Assembly: GCF_006345805.1 (NCBI RefSeq)
Contig: NC_042998.1
Span: 122,264,001-122,328,000, forward strand
Length of the DNA stretch: 64,000 nucleotides
Origin: Octopus sinensis
Taxonomy: Eukaryota
Reading direction: 5' to 3'
The notes under the pieces are model-generated. The model had not been told where the DNA came from. It ran no database searches and worked only from the letters and a program-made list of their open reading frames with translations. This document shows, piece after piece, positions 39,597 to 51,222 of the stretch (within the stretch, counting starts at the first letter, position 1; every line of letters starts with the position of its first letter). The position numbers and the translations under genes are program-made.

Positions 39597-40652
39597 TTGT
39601 ACATGATATTAATTAGAGTGTGTGAGGAAAAACATTGAGAAATGAAGAGAAGCAATGGAGGCAGATTTTAACTGAGTAAAAAGAGAGAGGATATATATAT
39701 ATATATATATATGTTTATATATATATATATTTATATATATGTTTATATATATATATATATATATAAATATATATATTTGTATGTATATATATATATTTGT
39801 ATGTATATATATATATATATATGTATGTATATATATATAGTTTGTATGTATGTACACACACACATATATATTCCTGTACATATATACACAAACACACTCA
39901 TAAATGCATACACGCACATACACAAATATAGATGTTGGAAGAGAAGATACAATGAAGTATGTGAACACGTCATCGAGAATAATGAAGAAGAGTGAAGATA
40001 ACAAACTAAGAATAACTGAAAGAAGACAAAATGAAGCACAAGAAGAAAACAGAGCTAACCTCGTAGCAAAAACATCAAAATTTACTGAAAGAAGCAGAAA
40101 TAAACCCTGTCATTTTTGATGGATATTTTGTGTGTTGCATAATAATAAACAGACTTCTCGAATACACAAATACAGGTACACAGCTGCATATATACATAAT
40201 TCATGTATTGTACATAGTTAATTTTAGACAGAAATTGATTGAATAATTAAATTGAAACAAAATTGAAAACATGAATAATGTTGTTAGAGGTGTTGATTTA
40301 CACACACAAATACACATGCACACACACACACTGCACACATATAAAGGAAGTGCGAAAGATATACATACACATCTACATACAAAACTATCACCACATTACC
40401 CCAGTGTAAGAAAAAGACTTGTCTCTGTAGAGGCTGATGTTGTTGATGAATTCCAGTGAAGTATAGGTGCTCAGTGTAGGAATAAAAGTTCAGTAAAAGC
40501 AGTAAGTAAACACTTATATTATGAACTTAAACAAGATTTGAGAGAACACAAACTTAGTAAGTTATGATTAAAAACCAAGAAGAGAATCTTTACAGAATCA
40601 CATGGCCTGATGAAAATAACAGCTAAATATAAGACTACAGTAATAAAAAGAA

Positions 40653-40965
40653 GTGGAGACATATGGCCTAGTGGTTAGGGCAGTGGGCTCACGGGCAAGG
40701 GATCATGGGTTCGAATCTCAGACTGAGCTGTGTGTGTGTGTGTGTTTATGAGCGAAAACACCTAAGCTTCATCCAGCTCTGGCAGAAGGTAATGGTGAAC
40801 TTCTGCTGACTCTTTTGCCACAACTTTCTCTCACTCTTTCCTACTGCATCTTGCAGCTCACCTGCGACGGACTGGCGTCCGTCCAAGTGGGGAACCTATA
40901 CACCAAGGAAACTGGGAAACCAGACCTAATGAGCCAGGCATGGCTCGAGAAGGAACAAACAATAA
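40653..40965 (+). mobile_element. tRNA-derived SINE (family C variant)
   Basis: It has an A box TGGCCTAGTGG, a B box GGTTCGAATCT, an internal (TG)n and an AGAAGGAACAAAC tail. Confidence 0.75.
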
Positions 40966-41074
40966 AAAAGAAGTGATTGTTGTTGCTTGCATACCTTTGA
41001 TCTTAGGTCTTCTCAGAGAAAGATTGACCTGGTGGTAAAAATCAACAAGTAGTGTCTTATTCCCCCAGTAGTGG

Positions 41075-41330
41075 TGGTGTGTAGCTTAGTGGTTGGGGTG
41101 TTAAATTCATGATCGTAAGATTGTGGTTTCGATTCCTGGACCAGGTGATGCATTGAATTCTTGAGCAAAACACTTCATTTCACATTATTCCAGTCCACTC
41201 AGCTGGAAAAAATGAGTAATCCTGTTATAAACCATACATGTGGCTCCATCTAGGTGGGGAATATATATGCCATGGAAACTGGGAAACCAGCCCTTATGAG
41301 TCAGTACAACTCAAGAAAGTAACCTTTGCC
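41075..41330 (+). mobile_element. SINE family C
   Basis: The head is TAGCTTAGTGG...GGTTTCGATTCC. It aligns with 46788-47036. Confidence 0.8.
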
Positions 41331-41740
41331 TATTTTTATATTTTATTCACCCAATAAGCAAAAAGAATGTAGATCAGTTCTTAGCAGGGCTTATTTTTTC
41401 CTGGTTAAACTTAAACTGGTATTTACAAGATTGCAAAATTTAATTGATTATAAATTGGAATTTTTGCTGTTAATTTATAACAAAATAATTAATTCATTGT
41501 ATGTCAGAGCACTAAAGGCTTTCCTTAATAAACAAATAACTAGCTCTGTTAAGACATTACCATTGTTCATTTAAACATGCAGGTACAAAACTACGAATAC
41601 ATGCCTAATTAATATTAAATCAAATTCTAATGAACAATTGCAATAATCAATTAAATTAATTAATATTGATAATACATTAGTTATATTCCCTAAATCTATC
41701 TAAATGTGCAACTGCATATGTGTGTGTCTGTATATGTGTA

Positions 41741-41798
<58 letters not shown>

Positions 41799-41814
41799 GA
41801 TTATATAATAGTTA

Positions 41815-41851
<37 letters not shown>

Positions 41852-42343
41852 CCACACATATATATCTATCTATCTATCTATATATATATATATTACATAT
41901 ACATTTGAAAATATGTCTTTATTATAGGCACACATACACTCACACACACACAAACACACTCACTCACACACACACATACACACATATGCAAGAACAGATT
42001 TATTAAAAATATTAATTCTAAAAAATACAGCCATCTTTTCTAATTCTTAGAATCAGCCACACCTCCTACATAACAACCAGGCACGCCTTACTAATTGCTA
42101 ACCAATAATAATGTCGCTTCTCTTTATGATAAGCCCAACATAAAAACAATAATCAGTTCTTGATCCAACTCAAGGCTTGTTTACACCCTTCTTTCCAAGT
42201 TATGAAAATAATCGCAGACATACATACATGCATACATACATACATACATACATACATACATACATACATACATACATACATACATACATACATACATACA
42301 TACATACATACATACAGCATACATATACTAATACATACACACA

Positions 42344-42385
<42 letters not shown>

Positions 42386-42386
<1 letters not shown>

Positions 42387-42690
42387 AGGCATGGCTTAGT
42401 GGTAATAAGCTTGCTTCCCAACCACATGGTTCCGGGTTCAGTCCCATTGTGTGGCATTATGGGCAAATGTCTTCTACTATAGTCTTGGGCTGACCAAAGC
42501 CTTGTGAGTGGATTTGGCAGATGAAAACTGAAAGAAGTCCATTGTATATATCATCATTAGGAAGGGCATCAAGGTGTAGAAACTATGCCAAATCAGACTG
42601 GAGTCTAGTACAGCCTTTCAGCTTGTCAACTCTGGTCAAACTATCCAACTCATGCCAGCATGGACACTGTACATTAAATGATGATGATGA
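42386..42690 (+). mobile_element. SINE A head joined to an RTE-type tail
   Basis: The family A head spans 42386-42550 and is followed by TTAGGAAGGGCATC...CCAGCATGG...(GAT)n at 42557-42690. Confidence 0.75.
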
Positions 42691-42703
42691 TATGTATATA
42701 TCC

Positions 42704-42743
<40 letters not shown>

Positions 42744-42782
42744 ATGTGTGTATATATATACATATATATATATACATACATA

Positions 42783-42876
42783 AACATTACGTTATATAAT
42801 TAGGGTTCAGTAAAAAAAATTTACTGTGTGGTAAAGTAAATTTTTTTACTGAACTCTAATTATATAACGTAATGTT
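42783..42876. repeat. Short palindromic hairpin, about 43-bp arms and 9-nt loop
   Basis: AACATTACGTTATATAATTAGGGTTCAGTAAAAAAAATTTACT pairs with AGTAAATTTTTTTACTGAACTCTAATTATATAACGTAATGTT, with 1 substitution and 1 indel. Confidence 0.9.
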
Positions 42877-43580
42877 TTAAATATACCGTAAATGTCTTTT
42901 TACATACTGAACACTACTTGGTAAAATTATTAATTAATAATTAATTAATTTTACTCTTTTATTATTGACTATATATATATATATATATACACATATGGCT
43001 AAGATTTAATGTAAGTGACATTAGTTGTTGCAAGAATCAATTTATGGTCAACTGATAGGAATCAAACTGCATTTCTCTCAAGTGCTGGGAAATTGCTGTT
43101 TCCCTTTTTGCTATGAAACCCCTCATTGGCACTGGTTCTTCTTGAATTAACTACTATAAACATTTTATCTGCTATTTAACTGTATTATTAAATCTTTATT
43201 AGCATTTAATTTGATTCGTAGATAATTTGTTAGCCACTCGATGCTATTAATACTGGCTGTTCTGTAGTATAATCAGTAATGGTCACCAGGCTAGACAGAT
43301 ATATTATTTTATATCCTGTCTATGGACTTGTTTTCTTTCTTTAATTGCTTCTTTCTTTATATATCGACTTTGTATTTATAATGACAGATATAAATGTTAA
43401 ATATATTACATCCTAATTTAGAAATTATTAAGTATATATATATTACGATGTACTTGCATAGCAAGTGACCTGATCTGAGATCATGTGCTGGAACGAAAAC
43501 AATTGCAGCATGGAAGGTGTTGATAAGCCATTTAAGGAGCACACAAAAACTGTTAGATTCACTTCAACATTTAAATTTAA

Positions 43581-43631
43581 TTTGTCAAAATATTTTCGTT
43601 GTTTTGAGACCGCGACCTGTTCACTGACAAA
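43581..43631 (-). ncRNA. Hammerhead-like variant with G3-C8 swapped core (H6)
   Basis: The minus strand reads TTTGTCA-GTGAACA-G-GTCGC GGTCTCAAA ACAAC-GAAA-ATAT-TT/TGACAAA. Stem I is 7 bp and stem III is the palindrome AATATT. Stem II has two C.A mismatches. Confidence 0.6.
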
Positions 43632-43759
43632 ATTCCATGCTGCATCTTACCTGTGTAAGTATATATACAGATAATAAAAGGAAACAATACACAAATGGGA
43701 ATACACATTCAATTTTAAATAATGGTTAGTTATTGTACAATCAAGGTGTAAATTACCCT

Positions 43760-43804
<45 letters not shown>

Positions 43805-44427
43805 ATATATACATACATATACATATACATACATACATTCATATATACATACAAACATGCATACATACATGTGTGTGTGTGTGCATGCATGTGCATGTGT
43901 GTGTATAGTTATGTGTATGTGTGTATAGTTATTTAACATGTTTCATGTATATTCAGACATAGAAATACATTATGCTGCACAAGTTGTTGCAACAGAAGAA
44001 ATTATTATGGACAATATGAGCATAAAATTACCACAAACCCATGGATGACTGTACATAACTATATTTCATTCAATGCTGGTTTGTGCTCTTCAAATCAATT
44101 AATTCCAGTTTGACAAAGCATTTTGTTCATCAGCAAATTTGCTATTTTAATGTAAGAGTGACTTGCTCTTAGTGGCCATGAATACTGGCTCAGTATGCAA
44201 AACTGATGAAACATAATGACACAAAACTCATGCATTCTGTTGTCTGGTGATAACTCCCACACCCCACTACAACTTCATAATTTAATAATCACATCCCCTA
44301 TCATGAATGTATGACCACTACCTCAGTGTTTATAGTTCTGCAAGCAACATGGTGACTTCAGTAGTGCAGTGGTTGGTGTTAGAAAGAAAATTCAGCCATA
44401 GAAGCCCTGCCAATGCAAACATTGGAG

Positions 44428-45124
44428 TATATTTACAAACTGATAACAGTAAAATCAATTCAATTAAATATAGTCACTCTTCAAGTTCAAGATAAAAATA
44501 ATAAAATAAATAAATATATGTATATAATCTTGTAAGAAAATATAAATAAATATAAAAATATGTAATTTTACAAAATACAATAATATATCATAAAATACAA
44601 ACATGAAATATCTTAACAAATATATTCGGGTATAAAAAAATCTAGAATGAATAGAAATAAATATTTATTGTATCTATGAAAATAAATTTAAACTTATATA
44701 AGAAAAATAACAAACTATAATATATCATTACTAGAAAATTAAAATACCAGTAATTAAAATCTTTAAAATAAAATAAATATATACATAAATTAATTAATTA
44801 AATGATTTATTTATTTAATAAATATCTAAGTGAAATCTTATTCTCATTAAGTAATATATATTTAAAAAACTTCATGCTAACTTAAATACATAATGCTACC
44901 ACAAACAATGTTAAGATATTTCGTGTTTGTATTTTATCATACATTATTGTATTTTGTAAAATTACGTATTTTTATATTTATATTTTCTTACAAGATTATA
45001 TACGTATTTTTATTCATTTAATTATTTTATTGTTTTTATCTTGGATCTGAAGAGTGACTATAATTAATTGAATTGATTTTACTGCTATCAGTTTGTAAAT
45101 ATAGCCATGAAACACGTGTAGTCT
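44428..45124. mobile_element. Inverted repeat (about 190-bp arms, 290-bp AT spacer), probably PLE-derived, with hammerhead H7
   Basis: 44428-44618 is an imperfect reverse complement of 44909-45103. The right arm continues into a complete HHR. Confidence 0.8.
45043..45124 (+). ncRNA. Type I hammerhead motif with long stem II (H7)
   Basis: GGAT-CTGAAGA-GTGACTATA[37 nt]TATAGCCAT-GAAA-CACGTG-TA/GTCT. Stem III is the palindrome ACACGTGT, and stem I has two G.U pairs. Confidence 0.7.
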
Positions 45125-45309
45125 TTTTACCAATTATATTCTTTTTATTCATTATTTTATACTTTACTTAGTTATTGGTATATGTTTTTATTGCATAGCT
45201 AATCTTTTTCTATATGGTATAATTTAATTATACCATATTGTTATTTCATATATTGTTATACCATTGTTATTTCATTGTAGAATTGATAAAAGGTTGGTTC
45301 TTCTTTAAG

Positions 45310-45382
<73 letters not shown>

Positions 45383-45389
45383 ATATATT

Positions 45390-45560
45390 AGAATGATAAA
45401 GAGAAAGTTCTTGGTACAGTATTATATACATTTGAAAGAACGAGTGGAGATGGCTTTTTTGAGGGGATAATTTTAATTTTAATTTTAATAATAATGTTGA
45501 TTAAAATAAAAATTATCTTCTCAAAAAAGCCATCCCTACTCATCCTTTCAAGTATATATA
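45390..45560. mobile_element. Fold-back element related to 21284-21463, without the ribozyme loop
   Basis: The arms are 45423-45483 and 45500-45560. It shares CTTGGTACAGTAT.ATATAC, ATGGCTTTT and GATAATTTT with 21263-21320. Confidence 0.65.
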
Positions 45561-46070
45561 TATTCTGAATGTTATGGCTTTGAAAAGACCTACAATATAC
45601 TCACATTAATAGTATATAATAAAGAAAAATTAAGATATATGTGTGTGTAAATGTATGCATAGAAAGACCATAGTATTTGTTTTCTGTGCTTACATGAGAC
45701 CTAACAGAAAGTTATGTGCAAATAAATAATGTAAACTCTGTCTTTGGTATTAAGAACTCTTTCTGCCATTCATTACAACTAAGGTACACATGTGTGTGTG
45801 TTCATACACACACACATGGATCTTGATCTTTATTATTTGGAGCCTTGAATTTGATGCTGATATTTGTACTGAAATATGGTGTATGTAGAAATAAAATTAG
45901 TTTGGCAGCTTTCCTGCATCATGATGACATAGACTAATAGAGAATATTACCACATTTTGGCAGATTTCATGAGTTGCGAATTTCCTCCAATCAAAAAGCT
46001 GCATATTTTTTCAACTGAATGTGTCAATATTTTTCTTATACACCATCATTGTTTTCATCATAAAAAAGTA

Positions 46071-46486
46071 TGCATAGAAGTGGCTGTGTGGTAAGTAGCT
46101 TGTTTATGAACTGTATGGTTTTGGGTTCAGTCCCACTGCATGGCACCTTGGGCAAGTGTCTTCTACTATAGCTTTGGCCAACCAAAGCCTTGTGAGTGGA
46201 TTTGGTAGACAGAAACTGAAAGAAGCCTATCGTATATATGTGTATATATATATATATTATATATATATATATTATATATATATATATATATATGTGTTTG
46301 TCCCCCCAATATCGCTTGACAACCAATGCTGGTGTGTTTACGTCTCTGTAACTTATTGGTTCTGCAAAAGAGACCGATAGAATAAGTACTAGGCTTACAA
46401 AGAATAAATCCTGGGGTCGATTTCCTCAACTAAAGGTGGTGCTCCAGCATGGCCACAGTCAAATGACTGAAACAAGTAAAAGAGTA
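46071..46486 (+). mobile_element. SINE family A, best-preserved full-length copy
   Basis: It has the tRNA-like head, an internal (TA)n at about 46233-46293 and the tail GGTGGTGCTCCAGCATGGCCACAGTCAAATGACTGAAACAAGTAAAAGAG. Confidence 0.9.
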
Positions 46487-46544
46487 TGTACCAACAGGAA
46501 TGGTAGTAAACAGAGCTATATAGATTGTGATGTTTTGTTGTGTA

Positions 46545-46752
46545 AAGGTGGTGAGCTGGCAGAATCATTAGCACGTTGGATAAAATGCTTAGTGGCATCT
46601 TGAGTAGTCATACTTTCTAAGTTCAAATTCCATTGAGGTTGACTTTGCCTTTCATCCCTTTGTGGATAAAATAAGTACCTGTTGAACACAGGAGTCTATG
46701 TAATCTACTCATCCCCTCCCCTGAAATTGTTGGCCTTGTGCCAAAATCTAAA
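46545..46752 (+). mobile_element. SINE family B with an alternative tail
   Basis: The head and the central GACTTTGCCTTTCATCCCTTTG block match 22508-22720. Confidence 0.8.
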
Positions 46753-46787
46753 ATCGATATTAAGTTGTGTACATGTGAGTTGGTCAT

Positions 46788-47036
46788 GGAGGTGCGTGGC
46801 TTAGTGGCTAGGGTATTTGGACTCATGATTGTAAGATTGTAGTTTCAATTCCTGGACTGGATGATGCATTGTGTTCATGAACAAAATACTTCGTTTCACA
46901 TTGCTCTGGTTCACTCAGCTGGCAAAAATGAGTATTCCCATGACAGACTGGCGTCCTGTCCAGGTGCAGAATATATATGCCATGAAACTGGGCCTTATGT
47001 GTCATCATGACTCGAGAAGGTAACATTACCTTTATG
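46788..47036 (+). mobile_element. SINE family C
   Basis: The head is GTGGCTTAGTGGCTAGGG...GTTTCAATTCC. Confidence 0.8.
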
Positions 47037-47615
47037 AGTTGGTCCAAGAGTAGTTGGTAAAACTTTTGTTCTATCACATCTTCTCCTTATCAGGAAAGGT
47101 TTTGTAACTAAGTATTAAAATCAATATCATTTATATACTAACATCTTTGGAACAGACATGAACATCATACAATCTATTTCCTCACCTATTAAATTATGAC
47201 CTGGCATTGTATGAATCAAAATGAAAATCAGAAACAGATTTAAAGAAATTTTTAAAGTAAACTAACATTATTCCTCAGAATATATCAGAGAAATGAAACC
47301 TGTTTTCTGAGCAGGAGGTGAAGAGCTACTTTGTGAATTATTAATCAAACAGTAAAGTGGAGAAAGCTGCTGGAGTTAGTAAAACAAACTTGAATACATA
47401 CAGCAAGTTCAGTTTCCAAGATTGTTAAAGAAAAGAGAATAGATTAAGGGGAAGAATGGATAGATGGAAAGATAGCTAGGTAGGCAAGAGAGAGAGAGCA
47501 AGGAAGAGGGAGAACAGCTAATGGAGTTGGTAAGACTGACTTGAATACATGCATCAAGTTCAAAATCTATGATTATTCTATTAAAAGAAAGGAAAATAGG
47601 ATAAGAACAAGAATG

Positions 47616-47655
<40 letters not shown>

Positions 47656-48635
47656 GACAAATAGAGAGGAAGAGAGAGAAGGAGAGATGGAGAGGAAGAG
47701 GAGGGGGAGAGCAAAGTATAAGAAGAAAATGGAGGAAGAAGACAAGCAGGAAGGGGATAAGTTTCATAAAGTTTCTCACAGCAAGAATATTCAAAAAGCA
47801 TTCATGCAACTCTAAAATTGTGAAAGGATTGAGAATGAGTAGTAGTAGGAGGGGGTGGAGTAGGAAATGGAGAAAAATAAATGTATCATTCTTAACACTA
47901 GCAGTAGTTTAAGTGCAAATCCTAGGAGAATGATGTCTGTACAATAATACATACATTTCCTGAAGTACGTGAAGTGCGTGGAAGAATTAGTACCCTTCAT
48001 TGATATTCCTGAAACAAGGAAAAACTCCTTTCAAGATTTTGGTATTAGATTACCATTAAACAACAATCAAAGTATTTTGTAAGAAATTCTAAAGAATTTC
48101 CTGGAAATTATTGAAAAAGTATGCGAAAATATAGGAATAAAAGAAATTTTCATATATAATACTACTAGTTTCTTGATTTCATTCTATTTTAACTTATATT
48201 CTTTCATATCAAAGATTAACAAGACTGTACCACTAACCATTAACAACTATGAACTAATTCTTTATCTTTTACTTCTATTCTAAAACAAACGCTTTGTTAT
48301 GGGAAGGATTTCTTTTTATTTTCACTGTATAAATAAATAATAATTAAAGACTATTTTTTCTCAAAGAATATATATTCTTTTATTATTTTAATGGTTTCAG
48401 ACCTCGGATTGTAATCATGCTGGGCCACTGCTTTCAAGGGTTTTAGCTTATAATTTCAAGTAGGGAGAGGAAAGGAAACAAAGTTGCCCTGGATATAAAG
48501 GCATGTGACCAAGTGGAAAATAATTATGTGTCTTTTGTTTGGAGTAGAAATTTTCCACTCTTTGCTAGCTTACACACGCACACACATATATGAACATGCA
48601 CACATACACCACTCCACACTCACACACACTCACAG

Positions 48636-49028
48636 ATGCCTGTATGGTTAAGAAGTTTGGCTTGCAACCACATGTTTTTTGGGTTCAATCCCACTGCATG
48701 GTACTTTGTGCAAGTGTCTTCTACTAAGGTCCTGGGTTGACTAATGCTTTGCAAGTGAATTTGTTCACCAAAAACTGTGCTAAACTTTAATATATATAGA
48801 TATACTTAGATAAATAAATAAACAGACAGACAGATAGAAAGATATGTATGTGTGTACTTGCTCCCCCACTGCTTGACAACTGGTGTTGGTTAATTTATAT
48901 CCCTATAATATAATTTATATCCCCAGTTTGGCAAAAGAGATTAATAGAATATGTACCAGATTTAAAAGAAAAAAGTACTGGAGCTGATCTGACTGACTAA
49001 ACCTTTCTAGGTGGTGGTACCCCACATG
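48636..49028 (+). mobile_element. Diverged SINE family A
   Basis: It has the head, an internal TAGA/TA tract and a degenerate 3' half. Confidence 0.7.
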
Positions 49029-49833
49029 CTTAGACAGACAGAGAGACAGACACATGCACGCACACACACAGAGGCTTCTGCATAATATCCATCTATCAGA
49101 TTTCACACACACAAAGTAATGGTTGGTCAGTGTCTACAGTAGAAAACACTTGGCTAATGTGCTACAGATTGAGATTGAACTCACATTCACTTGGTACAGA
49201 GGGTTATTTTTTACCTGCACAGCCTTTTCAGCCCCACAATATACTTGTATTATACTAGAATGTGCACAATATCTTTATATTGTATGTTAAACAATACTTT
49301 ATTTCTGCTACAACTCAAAATGATGATATCAGATTAAGCTGCTTGAACTAGCCACTTTCAATTGTAACGTTACTGGGAGATATTTTCTATAAATGAATTA
49401 ATTCTAGTGCAAGGTGAAGCCTTAAAAATACCTGAGCATTTTGAAATCATACAAATAGCCAGTGAATGTTATTATATTTTGCATGTCTAAAGTAAGTTTT
49501 GTAATAACTCAGTTATGCATTATGTATATCCATTCTTATTGAACTATTTAAATAACTGAATATTATACACACTCTGACATGACCAGATCTCCCCCCACCA
49601 CATGTATTCACCTTCTGCACACACACACATTCTTTCTCGCCCCCTCCCCCATCTCTCTCTATATATATCAGTCTCCTAATTTGCCTAATAGTGCATATAA
49701 ATTGGCCTGCCCTAATTTGCATAATGGTGTGCATGCACACACACATGCACACATCCATGTGCATAAACACATCCACACAGGTACATGCACAGTGAATAAT
49801 GAATGAAATAAATAGATAGATAGATAGATAGCC

Positions 49834-49867
<34 letters not shown>

Positions 49868-50661
49868 CATGAGGGAGGGGATTGCAATTTGTGTACTGGT
49901 GGGAAAGAGAGACTGACTGATGGTTACTCATAGTGATAGGAAAGGGCAAAGAGAGTGACAGATGTCATGAGCAAGTGCCTTGGGGCAGAGGGAGTACTGT
50001 CTGGCAGCATAGAAAGAGTGAAGTAATATGTACAGCAAAACCTAGAATTGAAACCTTAAAGGTTTAATAACTAGGATCAGACCACACTCAAGACCAGGCA
50101 ACATTGCTTGAATATCAACCAATTAGCCCTGCAGAAACATCACCTTATATTTTAGAATGTTCTATGATGTTTCACATCATAGGGTTTTTATAAGCAACCA
50201 TATAGCAACAGCCAGAAAAACAAAAGTGGATGAGGTGACTATCTGTGCTGCACATGCTTGCACATGAAAATAGACAAGTTCTTAAGAAGACAAAGTTCCT
50301 TGGTTGCAGCTCAACCCTAGATTAAAAGAATCATCTACTATGAAGAATAGTATTTTCCCCATCTCTCACACAAAACTATTTATTTCTGTTATTAATCTAA
50401 CTATGAACTACACTATATTTCTGGCACAAAAGACTATTGGCAAGCATCTGTATAATTATATATAAATATTGTAATATACTTCTTTAAAATAAATGTCAGT
50501 CAAACGATATTTGGAATAGGCTTTATTATGGGATAGCATGCAGTCTAAACATCATACCAATTAATAAAGACCCATTTGATTTTTCTCCACAGGTATATCA
50601 GGTATGAATACATCCAATGCTATCCCTTATACATAGTTGCCTTGATGGGAGAGAGAGAGAG

Positions 50662-50718
<57 letters not shown>

Positions 50719-51097
50719 GAGAGGGTAGAGGGATTGCGATGGTAGTAAGGGAATGATTTGCACAGGTCCAACGCTGTAGCTTATTACACAGATAGCACGG
50801 CATACTAGATGGGGAGACAGGGTGAGAGGAAAGATACCGAATGTGAGATGAAAAGCTTGGGAAGATTAAATGCCCTCCTTAGCTACATGTGTAACTAGTA
50901 GCACAGTGGATTGGAGAAGTCCACTGCTATTCTTTTATTTATACAAAACAAATATGTGTGTGTGTGTGTGGAGAGGGTGAGAGAAAGAGTGAGAGAGAGG
51001 GAAAGAGAAAGATAGATCTATTATGTAAATGCCCATTTTCAGAGGATAGGAGAGATCCACTGCCATCCTTACTATTATACACAACATATATATAATA

Positions 51098-51136
<39 letters not shown>

Positions 51137-51182
51137 CATGTTTGTTTGTGTGTGGTGTGTGTGTGTGTGTGTGGAGAGAGAG

Positions 51183-51222
<40 letters not shown>

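Noticed and set aside
39904-40119. Charged 71-aa ORF ([18 protein letters not shown]...)
   Set aside because: It is a purine-rich low-complexity tract that begins in a microsatellite, with no recognisable homology or splice sites.
40653-40725. tRNA gene suggested by A and B boxes
   Set aside because: There is no cloverleaf, and the sequence continues into a SINE body, so it is a tRNA-derived head only.
44095-44140. Minus-strand CTGATGA-ACAAA ATGC TTTGT-CAAA
   Set aside because: It has CAAA instead of GAAA, and there is no stem I or III.
50575-50607. Candidate 9-nt microexon (TTTTCTCCACAG|GTATATCAG|GTATGA), with a similar pattern near 61720-61750
   Set aside because: There is no supporting gene context, the second case contains a stop in one frame, and such motifs are common by chance in AT-rich DNA. 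Spliced reads would be needed.
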